Source: a virus
Length of the DNA stretch: 64,000 bases
IMG/VR virus record: IMGVR_UViG_3300049592_000018
Span: 1,149-65,148 of that record
Reading direction: 5' to 3' (one strand)
Part shown: one piece after another, positions 33,310 through 42,375 of the stretch
Layout: each line of letters starts with the position of its first letter
Numbering within the stretch: position 1 is the stretch's first letter
Position numbers and translations under genes: made by a program
The notes under the pieces: model-generated
What the model saw: only the letters and a program-made list of their open reading frames with translations
What the model was told of the DNA's origin: nothing
The model's database searches: none

Positions 33310-36300
33310 TCACCCGATTTCGCGGCCTGACGCCCAACGAACTTAAGATCCATGAGGATGTGTTTGAGGCCCTGGTGGCTAAAAGCCTACGGCTCGCGGT
33401 TCGCGGCCTGGCGGCGAACCTCGGTGGACTGCTAACCGCGGCCTCGACACCCACGCTGGCGGGAGAACCGCCGCCGGCCGCCCCAACCGTCACGAGCTCC
33501 GTCCTGGCGGGTGTAGTCGCCTCCTGGACGGCACAGGTCAACGCCGAGCTCTACCCGTACGTCGCGCAGGCATTCACGGAGTCGGCCGAGGTCACGTACG
33601 CCGGACTCGAGAAGCTCACCGAGACCGTCGTCCCAAAGATCACCAACTCGTTCGTGCAGAACTATCTTCGTAACTCACGTGATCGACTGCTCGACATCGG
33701 TGACGTGATCTGGTCGAGCGTTCGTGAGGAACTCGCCGTCGGCTACGCGGCCGGTGAGGACATGCACCAGCTTGCCGCACGTATCCGCCAGGCGGGCAAC
33801 ATCAGCATGTCGAAGGCGTTGACGGTCGCGCGTACCGAGGTGATCTCCGCGGCGAACGCGGGTGCCCTCGCGCAGGTGAAGCAGGCCGGATTCACCGATG
33901 AGGAGTGTCGTAAGGTCTGGCTGGCCACCGAGGACGCACGTACACGACCCGCGCATGAGGCCGCGGATAACCAGGTCGTCGGCATCAACGAGCCGTTCTA
34001 CGTCGGACGCGACTACCTGCAGTTTCCGGGTGACCCGGCGGGACGACTGGACAACGTCGTCAACTGCCGCTGCTCGCTTGAGTTCCTGTTCGACGATGAT
34101 GACATCGTAACGGCCGCCGGTGATCCCGACTGGAATGAGTCCGAGCATCCTCGTGACGCGCAGGGTAAGTTTACCGAGAAGATCGGTAGTGCGTCCGTTA
34201 AGAAGATTAAATCCATACTCTCCACGCCGCCGTCGCCGTCGCCGTCGCCGAAGAAGTCAACACCTAAGAAAACGAAGACACCGACGAAGGTCGGCACTCC
34301 TCTTCATATTAACACCAACGTCATCTATAAGCAGAAGTATGCCGCCGGCACCGTGGTCGCCGAAAAGAATGTGTCGATCGCCGACAGCGTCTACTATCCG
34401 ATGAGACTCGTTTGGAGTGAAAGCAGTAAGAAGTTTGTTCTTCAAGGTCGCATGGATGACGGTAAGTGGGTTAACGTAGGCCTGTACGGTAAGGGTGAGG
34501 CCTATAAGAAGTTCTCCAAGGAGACCGGCTGGTTCACTCCTGGGACCCTGGACCTAGATGACAGTAGTCCTACGGAGTCGACATCGACGGCAACATCTAA
34601 GAAGTTGTCCGTCGCCGAGGTCATTCTTCTTCCCGCATCCGAAAAGAAGAAGTGGATCGAGTCGCTAACACAGGACGAGTTCGATGCGCTGTCCCCCAGT
34701 GAACAGACCGAGATCGAGTCTAAATTTAATGCTGAACACAACACCTGGGGTGATGATGTCGGCATCGATGCCCTCGAAAAACTCATCAATGCCAAGGACG
34801 ATCACGAAAGTGACGACTTCGATGCTCTTGCGTCGTACACAAGTCAATTCGGCGATGATGACGATGACGATGACGATGACGACTTAGGTACGTTTGATCC
34901 CGTTCTCGACGTCGCTAAGTCGGCGCATACGATGACGTCGGGTGCCTTCGGCATCTGGTTTACCGCGAACTCGAAGAAGCTTCAGGAGGTATGGCCCGAC
35001 CTAGATGAGCAGACCCGAGACTCGGTGCTGAAGGCCGCCGAAAAGTATGACATAGCATATAATGACGGTCTGTTCCTCGGCACGGTAAATGAGTGGAATA
35101 ATGATCTTAACGTCGATTCGACCTCGGCGCCGTCGACACCGGCGCCGGTCGCACCCGCGGCCCCGATACCGAAGCTACCTCACGTCGTAAACGCCGCCGA
35201 GATCGCCGCGGGTACCAAGTTTGTCGGCGACATTGGGACGCCAAAGTCCTCCTTACACGTCAAGTACGTACCACTTACGCCGCAGATTATGTCGCAGCTT
35301 CAGACCCAGATGCTCGAGGGTAGTAAGAAGAAGTGGACCGCCAAGCATAAGAAGGCCGTTGAGTGGTACACGACGAGCGTCGGCTACCAGACCACCAACG
35401 CGGTTCTACGTAACGATGAAAAGCAGCTTAAGAAGTTCAGCGCCGCACAACTTGAGCAGGGCGCGCGGTTCGGCGTCGACCTACAGGACGCGATGACGCC
35501 GTTGATCGAGGCCGTCGAGCTGCACCGCGGTGTAGGCGCGCACGCGTTTGGCTTTGATGACATTCACGTCGACACGGCGAAGCTGAAGAAGCTACAGGGT
35601 ACGGTCATTCAGGACCCCGGCTTCGTGTCGACCAGCATCGTACCGCCGACGCACATCAGCTTCGACTACGCCAAGAAACCGATCAAGGTCATTGTTAGGG
35701 CACCGGAGGGTACGCCGGCGCTCTACGTAAGCGACGCCACTCCCGGATATGCTCACGAGAATGAACTCATTCTCGGCGCCGGTACATCATTCCACATTGA
35801 TGAGGTTCGCGCGGCGAGCGCCGATGACAAGGCTAAGTACGGAAATCACACCGAACAGGTGGTTGTGCTAACGGTCGTACCCAGCACACCAAAGGCTCCG
35901 GGTACGCCTACGGTAACTCCGTCAACCGTTGCCGCACCTAAGCCGTCGCCGAACCCGCCACCCGTTTCCGCCGGGCCGCCCTCCGCCGCGCCGATCAATG
36001 CCGGAAAACCAATTCACATCAACACAGCCGTCATTTATAAGACTAAATACGCTCACGGAGCAGTGGTCGCGGTCAAGGCCGGCGCTAAGATGCCCGACGG
36101 TCGCAGCCGACGACTGGTCTGGAACGAGAACATTAAGAAGTTTGTTTTGCAGCAGGAGGTCTCTCCCGGTACCTGGGTCAACTCCCTAAGTGACGGGCAG
36201 GTCAACTTCAATAAGAAGCAGGCGTATGATAACTTCTCGAAGCTTGACGGTTGGCAACTTCCTCCGCCGGGAATGACGGCTCTGGGTCAGCCGCAGTTCG

Positions 36301-37454
36301 GCGGTACGGCGAGCGGACCGACCACCTTCGGTCCCGTACCCACACCGGTACCTGGACCCGGACCTAAGACGGCACCGAGCGTCGTGCCGCCGGTTATGAA
36401 GGCCGTACCCGCGGTTAAGCTGCCGAAGTTGACCGCTGAGACGTTTCAGCAGCAGGCCGCACAGCTCCCCGCATCTCTTACCATTGCGCAGCGTAGCGCC
36501 GCATATAAGCACCTAAAGAACCAACCGGAGACGAGTCTCGGCGCCTCACCGGTCACCATCTTCACGGGTCTGCTGCAGACGCTCGACTGGCACAACGGAC
36601 AGTCGTCACCGGATGCGCAGCTCAGCCTTCTGCAGTTGGTTACACTGATCGACGAGCAGGGTGCGTTCTACGCTAAGACACCCAATACCAACGCGCTGCG
36701 CACGAAGATCATTGACTGGCTTCAGACTCCCGCCGGACGGAAGACCGCGCAGGAAATCATTGCGCCTAGCAGCGCTCTCTCTACCGTTCCGGCAACTCTT
36801 CCGGGTGTTATCGATCATCCGGCAAAGAGTGTTCCCTCACCGCAGGTAGCGGCGATCCTAGCTAAGCTGAGGAATCCCGCGGATATCGGCGTACCGGACA
36901 CCAACGTCACCGGGTTTAAGAAGATTACAGCCATTGAGGCTAAGGAAGCTCAAAATAAGGTTCTTCCCAACCTAAGTGGTCCCCAGGCCAACGCGGTCAC
37001 AAACTATAGCGGTAGCGGATATGACAACATTAACGGCGTACTTCGGGGTGGAGCAACCTACTCGGCGGAGGACGCAGCTCAGCGTGCGGTACACATTCAA
37101 GATGCTATGAGACCTCTTACCGAAAGTGTGCTGCTGTTTCGCGGTGTGTACAGCGACGCATTTCCGGGATTAAGCGACTCGGCGCCCTTCGACTCGGTAA
37201 AGAAGCTCGAAGGTAAGGTCATTCGTGAAAAGGGCTTCATGTCCACCTCGGTTAACCAGGGGAGTGCGTTTAGTAAACCTATTAAGTTGACGATTGAGGC
37301 TCCCGTGGGTACCCCGGCGATCTACATCGAAAAGTGGAGCAGTCACCCAAATGAGAAGGAGATGCTGCTCGCCGCCGGTCTTAAGTACCTAGTCGTGTCC
37401 GTTACTCCCGGTGATGGCGGTAAGATTAACGTAAGATTGAGGGTGGTGCCGTAG
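33306..37454 (+). CDS. MuF (phage minor head) protein fused to two ADP-ribosyltransferase domains
   Basis: MuF motifs ARTEV, KVWLATEDARTRPAH, FPGDP, NCRC; ART1 LHRG/FVSTS/ENE; ART2 LFRG/FMSTS/EKE. Confidence 0.9.
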   Translation: MITRFRGLTPNELKIHEDVFEALVAKSLRLAVRGLAANLGGLLTAASTPTLAGEPPPAAPTVTSSVLAGVVASWTAQVNAELYPYVAQAFTESAEVTYAGLEKLTETVVPKITNSFVQNYLRNSRDRLLDIGDVIWSSVREELAVGYAAGEDMHQLAARIRQAGNISMSKALTVARTEVISAANAGALAQVKQAGFTDEECRKVWLATEDARTRPAHEAADNQVVGINEPFYVGRDYLQFPGDPAGRLDNVVNCRCSLEFLFDDDDIVTAAGDPDWNESEHPRDAQGKFTEKIGSASVKKIKSILSTPPSPSPSPKKSTPKKTKTPTKVGTPLHINTNVIYKQKYAAGTVVAEKNVSIADSVYYPMRLVWSESSKKFVLQGRMDDGKWVNVGLYGKGEAYKKFSKETGWFTPGTLDLDDSSPTESTSTATSKKLSVAEVILLPASEKKKWIESLTQDEFDALSPSEQTEIESKFNAEHNTWGDDVGIDALEKLINAKDDHESDDFDALASYTSQFGDDDDDDDDDDLGTFDPVLDVAKSAHTMTSGAFGIWFTANSKKLQEVWPDLDEQTRDSVLKAAEKYDIAYNDGLFLGTVNEWNNDLNVDSTSAPSTPAPVAPAAPIPKLPHVVNAAEIAAGTKFVGDIGTPKSSLHVKYVPLTPQIMSQLQTQMLEGSKKKWTAKHKKAVEWYTTSVGYQTTNAVLRNDEKQLKKFSAAQLEQGARFGVDLQDAMTPLIEAVELHRGVGAHAFGFDDIHVDTAKLKKLQGTVIQDPGFVSTSIVPPTHISFDYAKKPIKVIVRAPEGTPALYVSDATPGYAHENELILGAGTSFHIDEVRAASADDKAKYGNHTEQVVVLTVVPSTPKAPGTPTVTPSTVAAPKPSPNPPPVSAGPPSAAPINAGKPIHINTAVIYKTKYAHGAVVAVKAGAKMPDGRSRRLVWNENIKKFVLQQEVSPGTWVNSLSDGQVNFNKKQAYDNFSKLDGWQLPPPGMTALGQPQFGGTASGPTTFGPVPTPVPGPGPKTAPSVVPPVMKAVPAVKLPKLTAETFQQQAAQLPASLTIAQRSAAYKHLKNQPETSLGASPVTIFTGLLQTLDWHNGQSSPDAQLSLLQLVTLIDEQGAFYAKTPNTNALRTKIIDWLQTPAGRKTAQEIIAPSSALSTVPATLPGVIDHPAKSVPSPQVAAILAKLRNPADIGVPDTNVTGFKKITAIEAKEAQNKVLPNLSGPQANAVTNYSGSGYDNINGVLRGGATYSAEDAAQRAVHIQDAMRPLTESVLLFRGVYSDAFPGLSDSAPFDSVKKLEGKVIREKGFMSTSVNQGSAFSKPIKLTIEAPVGTPAIYIEKWSSHPNEKEMLLAAGLKYLVVSVTPGDGGKINVRLRVVP

Positions 37455-38104
37455 TGACTACGCCGTTAACCGATCCACACGGGGTTCAGTTTGAACTGGT
37501 TGGTGAGGACGAGCTCGGCCCCGGCATGACCGAGGATGAGGCCCTTGCGTTCCTGGCGAGTGTCGGACCGTTCGGAATTAAGATGCCCGTCGTGGCGGCC
37601 GCCGACGTTCAGACGGGCGCCATGATAGCGCTCGTGCCGACCGCCACGGACGCGCAACGCCTAGCCCTAGAGGGATTTGAGCCGCTCGAGCAGCTGCACC
37701 TGACGCTGGTCTACCTCGGTGACGCCGTTGACTTTACGCCCGAGCAGCGTGAGGAGATCATTAACGTCGTTCGTCGAAACGCTACCACACCCATCGAGGC
37801 AAATGCGTTCGCCGTTAGCGTATTTAATCCGGGTGGTGATGAGCCGGCCCCCCTAGTTCTCGGTGTGGGTAACGGCGGTGAGCAGCTCGAAATGCTTCAT
37901 AATGCGATCTTCGCCGAGGTCACCGACGGATTTACGATCGCGCAGAATCACACACCGTGGGTACCTCACGTAACCCTGGCGTACTCCGATCATCCACACG
38001 AACTGTTTGATGTCGCTATGAAGCGCACCGGTCCGATCACATTTGACCGTGTACGGGTGGCGTTCGGGGGCGACAACGTCGATATACCACTGATTTCACC
38101 GTAG
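37454..38104 (+). CDS. 2H phosphoesterase (LigT/Acb1-like) with N-terminal leader
   Basis: Two HxT motifs: LHLTLVY and PHVTLAY. Confidence 0.85.
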   Translation: MTTPLTDPHGVQFELVGEDELGPGMTEDEALAFLASVGPFGIKMPVVAAADVQTGAMIALVPTATDAQRLALEGFEPLEQLHLTLVYLGDAVDFTPEQREEIINVVRRNATTPIEANAFAVSVFNPGGDEPAPLVLGVGNGGEQLEMLHNAIFAEVTDGFTIAQNHTPWVPHVTLAYSDHPHELFDVAMKRTGPITFDRVRVAFGGDNVDIPLISP

Positions 38105-38138
38105 TATGCTAAGGTAGACCTCACTAGGAGGTGACGTT

Positions 38139-40352
38139 ATGCCGTGGACCGTACGCCGAGAGGGCGATCAGCACTGTGTCGTGAAAAAGTCCGACGGGAA
38201 GAAGGTCGGTTGTCACGATACGCACGAGGCCGCCATGGCGCAGGTGCGTGCCCTCTACGCCTCCGAGTCCGACATGACGTCGCTGATCCAGACGTCCGTT
38301 GAGGCCGCGCGTGAGCGCGACGTCAACACTCCCGGCGGTGGACACGACCTACGCAACTACTGGGTGAAGGGACCCGGGGCCGTCGAGATCGGTTGGGGCA
38401 TCGACGGCTCATTCGCACGCTGCGTCGCTAAGCTCGGTAAGCACGTTAAGAACCCACAGGGGTTGTGCGCCGAATATCATAAGGCCGCCACCGGTGAGTG
38501 GCCCGCCGAGAAGGGGGTAGAAAGCACGGTGAGCGGCATTCAGGAGTTTCACGGAAATCACAACCAAAAGGATCACAATCCTCATAAGGATGACGTTGAC
38601 TTCGATCGTCGGGAATTTATCGACCTGCGAATCGCGATCGCGAACGGAACCGCTACGGCGGCCGAGCGTCTGAGGTATCGTCAACTTAGTGAGGAGGCGA
38701 TAAAGCGCGCGAACGGCAAGCCGAATCTGCGCGAAAAGGTCTCCGAACTACGCGAAAAGATCACAGGTGGACCGCTGACTAAGGCGGAAAAGAAGGCGAT
38801 GGGCGCTCTTGAGGAGAAGTTGTTCAATGACGCGGATCTGACGCCCGCCGAACACGCCGAGTACCGTAGGTTGTATGCGAAGAGGGAGAATAACCGTAAA
38901 TTCTCACTCAATGAATTTCACGGAACACACAATCAAGGGGACCATAATCCTCATAAAGATGAGGTTGGCGGTCCTACACGTCAGCAGGACAGACGTAGTC
39001 GAGAAGGTTTTGATGATGACGATGACGATGATGATTTTACCTTTACCCTAAAGAATAAGAAGCAAAAGACTGGTAAGATGCAGGCCTACGCCGACGAGCC
39101 TTGGGAGGGCGTCCTGGTCGTGGAGGGTACCGAGTCCGGCGACGGTCGCCTGTTCGCGCTTGGCAGCCTGGACTGGGCGCAGCTGCCGCTTCCGTTGATG
39201 TACCAGCCGGTGAACGTCGGCGGGCACAACGAGTCATTCATGGTTGGGCAGATCGAGCACGCGGCACGCTCGGGTAACGTCGTTAAGGGCTGGGGCAAGG
39301 TGTTCGGTCAGGCGCTGGCCGGCGAACACGGCGACACGATCCGGATCATGATGGGGCCGAACGGACCCGGTGGCGTCTCCGTCGACGTCGACAAGGTCAA
39401 GGACGCCGACGTAGAGATGATCTACGCGGAGAACTCCGGCGCGGGTGCGTTTGGTGCGCCCGAGACCACGATCTTCCATCGCGGTCGCATTCGCGGTGCC
39501 ACGCTCGTCGCGTTTCCCGCGTTCGTCGAGGCGAAGCTGACGTTCACCGAGAACGTGGTCACGGCATCGGCGTCCGCCGATGATGAGAAACCCTGCAGCT
39601 GTGGAGACCCGCTGATCGCCGCTGTTCACACCATCACAATTCCGGACCTACCGCCGGCCTCGTGGTTCAACGAACCGACCGATGTCGAGCTCAACGGCGC
39701 GCTTACCATTACGGATGAGGGGCGCGTCTACGGCATCCTGGCACCGGCGAACACCACGCACCGAAGCGTTAAGACCAAGGTACCGCGGGGCAACGTCGAC
39801 TACACCCGGTTCCACAAAGGTGAGACGATCGTCGAGGGTGGGGGTCGGGTCGTCACCGGCGTCATCACCGCCGACTGCGGACACGCGCCGACGTCCAACT
39901 ACGGAACGCTGCAGAACCGCATTGATCACTATGATAACTCGTGCTCGGTACTAGCCAACATCCGGATCGGCGAGTCTAGGAACGGCTACGTGTGGGCCGC
40001 CGGCGCGCTCAACGCGGGTGCCGATCCGCGCCAGGTCGCACGTGCCCTCGGCTGCGCGCTGTCCGGTGACTGGCAACCGCATCCAGACCGACCCGGTATA
40101 CGTGAGTTCATCTCCGCTCACCTCGTGCCGGTACCGGGATTCCCCATGGCGCGTACGCAGGCGTCGGTTCAGTACAATGACGGCGTCATTGCGGCGTCCG
40201 CGGTACCCGTGCAGCACGTACCGGTGGCCGTGGCTCGTCGGGTTGATCCCGGTATAGTCGCCGTTCGACTGGCTAAGGAGCAGCTGGCGCGCCAGCTTGG
40301 TCTGGACGCTAAGACTCGCAAGCAGAGGTTACTTGAGACCGTAGGGAGGTAG
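38139..40352 (+). CDS. Multidomain capsid maturation protease
   Basis: EGTESGDGR, LPLPLM, GGH...VGQI, GVSVD, RIRGATLVAFPAF protease-like domain; second domain with GHA, HYDN and LSGDW; extra N-terminal modules. Confidence 0.8.
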   Translation: MPWTVRREGDQHCVVKKSDGKKVGCHDTHEAAMAQVRALYASESDMTSLIQTSVEAARERDVNTPGGGHDLRNYWVKGPGAVEIGWGIDGSFARCVAKLGKHVKNPQGLCAEYHKAATGEWPAEKGVESTVSGIQEFHGNHNQKDHNPHKDDVDFDRREFIDLRIAIANGTATAAERLRYRQLSEEAIKRANGKPNLREKVSELREKITGGPLTKAEKKAMGALEEKLFNDADLTPAEHAEYRRLYAKRENNRKFSLNEFHGTHNQGDHNPHKDEVGGPTRQQDRRSREGFDDDDDDDDFTFTLKNKKQKTGKMQAYADEPWEGVLVVEGTESGDGRLFALGSLDWAQLPLPLMYQPVNVGGHNESFMVGQIEHAARSGNVVKGWGKVFGQALAGEHGDTIRIMMGPNGPGGVSVDVDKVKDADVEMIYAENSGAGAFGAPETTIFHRGRIRGATLVAFPAFVEAKLTFTENVVTASASADDEKPCSCGDPLIAAVHTITIPDLPPASWFNEPTDVELNGALTITDEGRVYGILAPANTTHRSVKTKVPRGNVDYTRFHKGETIVEGGGRVVTGVITADCGHAPTSNYGTLQNRIDHYDNSCSVLANIRIGESRNGYVWAAGALNAGADPRQVARALGCALSGDWQPHPDRPGIREFISAHLVPVPGFPMARTQASVQYNDGVIAASAVPVQHVPVAVARRVDPGIVAVRLAKEQLARQLGLDAKTRKQRLLETVGR

Positions 40353-40357
40353 TGAGT

Positions 40358-40525
40358 ATGTGTGGTTGTGGACGACGTCGAACCGACCAGACGACCAGCG
40401 TTCAGGCGGCGCAGGATGCGCACGACGCGCAGGCGGCGTTAGCCGAGATCGAGCGTCAAATGATCAGCGACGCCGAGATGTACGCTAAGTCGCAGGCATC
40501 GGCGATCGGCAACTCTAGGTCATAG
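40358..40525 (+). CDS. 55-aa protein with N-terminal MCGCG
   Basis: GGGAGG RBS; MCGCGRRRTDQ..., a small-gene type often seen before actinophage capsid genes. Confidence 0.6.
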   Translation: MCGCGRRRTDQTTSVQAAQDAHDAQAALAEIERQMISDAEMYAKSQASAIGNSRS

Positions 40526-40545
40526 AATTAAGTAGAAATGATCAC

Positions 40546-40570
40546 GTGGCGGTGCTATTTGCACCGCCAC
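40546..40570 (+). terminator. Hairpin (terminator or processing site) before the capsid promoter
   Basis: GTGGCGGTGC/GCACCGCCAC perfect 10-bp stem. Confidence 0.55.
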
Positions 40571-40580
40571 TTGATGTCGG

Positions 40581-40594
40581 GTAGTATCTCTCTG
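40581..40594 (+). promoter_or_regulatory. Candidate late promoter element GTAGTATCTCTCTG
   Basis: Exact copy of 31282-31295, upstream of the major capsid gene. Confidence 0.5.
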
Positions 40595-40641
40595 ACGGGC
40601 CAGATTGATCAAACGTCGCCTACCCATGAGAGGGTCGTTAG

Positions 40642-42324
40642 GTGTCCAAGAATCTGAGCCTCCCTGAGGACATCACCGCCCTCAGCGTCGAGCAACTTAC
40701 CCAGTTTACGACCGATGCGCAGGCGCGTTTCGAGACGCTCTACGCGAGCGAAACCGAGGAACTAGCCGCCCAGGTCGCCGAGGCCAACGAGATGGCCGAG
40801 CTGGCGTCCGGTCTGGAGCGGGTCCGGGTTGAGACCACACGCCGTGCGGAGCTCGCCGCCAAGCAGCGTACCGAGGCGAAAAACAAGATGGCCGCGTTCA
40901 CCGATGAGGCCGCCGCACCGGTTGAGGACGCACCGACCGATTCCGAGCCTACGACGGAACCGGCCGAGGTCGTTGCGGCGTCCGCGGTCGGCGGCGCACG
41001 TACCGAGCCTCGTCCCATGGGTAAGTTCAAGAACCCGTCGCTCGCCGACGCGCAGCGCAACGCGCCGCCGACGAACGCACCTCGAAATGAGCCCGTTCTG
41101 ACGGCGTCCGCCGATATTCCCGGATTCGCCGCGGGTAGCAAGCTCGAAGACATGGAAATGCTCGTCGCCGCGATGCAGGCACGCGCCCGCCGGCTGCCGG
41201 TCACCGCACGAGGTGATGAGGCTCCTCGAATCCCGATCGCGTCGCTGATTCGTGATCACAAGTACCACCTCGGCTACGACTCGACGCTCGCCGAGTACAA
41301 CGAGGTTATGACCGCCGCGACCAATCCCGATATCCTGGTCGCCGCGGGTGGCTGGTGCGCTCCCTCCGAGATCTCCTACGACTTCTTCAACATCGCCACG
41401 AGCGACGGGCGCATCGACATGCCGACCATCGGTATCAACCGTGGCGGTATTCGCTGGCCGATCTCGCCGTCGTTCGCCGATGTTGTGCTCGGCGGCGCGC
41501 TCTGGTCGTGGACCGAGACGCAGGACATCGCGGCCGTCACCGGCACCGCACAGTCCGGCGTTAAAACATGTGGTCGCGTTCCGTGCCCCACATTCGATGA
41601 GGAACGTCTTCAGTGTGACGGCATCTGCCTGACGGTGGGTAACCTGACCGAGGACGCGTACCCCGAGCTCATCGCCAATCACACGCGACTCGTCATGGTC
41701 TCGCACGATCACAAAATGAACCGGCAGTACGTCAACGCCGTTCGCGCCCTATCCGCCGGCTTCACCGTGACCAACGGCAACGCGGGTGAGGGCGTCGTCG
41801 CCAACGTGCTCGGTGCCCTGGAGCTTCAGGCCACCGACTACCGCGACCGCTACGCAATGCCCGAGGACGCTCTGCTCGAGGTCATCGCACCGCGCTGGCT
41901 GCGTGGTCCGATGCGCTCCGACCTACGTCGCCGGACGGGCGCGCCGACTGACACGCTGTCTGCCAGCGACGCGATGCTCATGTCGTTGTTCGACGCGATT
42001 AACGTGCGCATCCAGTTCGTCAACGACTACCAGGTTCGCACCGCCGGCTTCCCGGGCGTTCCCGGCACGATCCCGACCGCCTGGCCGTCGACCGTCGAGT
42101 TCATGATGTACGCACCCGGCACCGTTGTGCTGGGTCAGGGTCTGCGCCTGGACCTCGGCATCATTCGTGACTCGGTGCTCAACGAGACCAACGACTTCAC
42201 GGCCGAGTGGATGGAGGAGTGCTGGCTCGTGTTCCAGCCCGGACACGAGGTTCGCCGCCTGACGGTCAACATCTGCCCCGACGGCACGACCGGCGCGCAC
42301 GACCTCACCGCTTGCGGCGTCTAA
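40642..42324 (+). CDS. Major capsid protein with N-terminal scaffold region
   Basis: Coiled-coil N-terminus, then LVAAGGWCAPSE, LDLGIIRDSVLNETNDF, typical of actinophage HK97-fold capsids. Confidence 0.9.
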   Translation: MSKNLSLPEDITALSVEQLTQFTTDAQARFETLYASETEELAAQVAEANEMAELASGLERVRVETTRRAELAAKQRTEAKNKMAAFTDEAAAPVEDAPTDSEPTTEPAEVVAASAVGGARTEPRPMGKFKNPSLADAQRNAPPTNAPRNEPVLTASADIPGFAAGSKLEDMEMLVAAMQARARRLPVTARGDEAPRIPIASLIRDHKYHLGYDSTLAEYNEVMTAATNPDILVAAGGWCAPSEISYDFFNIATSDGRIDMPTIGINRGGIRWPISPSFADVVLGGALWSWTETQDIAAVTGTAQSGVKTCGRVPCPTFDEERLQCDGICLTVGNLTEDAYPELIANHTRLVMVSHDHKMNRQYVNAVRALSAGFTVTNGNAGEGVVANVLGALELQATDYRDRYAMPEDALLEVIAPRWLRGPMRSDLRRRTGAPTDTLSASDAMLMSLFDAINVRIQFVNDYQVRTAGFPGVPGTIPTAWPSTVEFMMYAPGTVVLGQGLRLDLGIIRDSVLNETNDFTAEWMEECWLVFQPGHEVRRLTVNICPDGTTGAHDLTACGV

Positions 42325-42375
42325 TATCAACGATCAACGGGATGATGAAGATGCGTGAGGGGAGGGTGAACTAAC

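Noticed and set aside
34852-34882. GAT/GAC trinucleotide runs (also near 39012-39035) as contingency repeats
   Set aside because: Mixed-codon poly-Asp linkers within coding frames, not pure slippage tracts.
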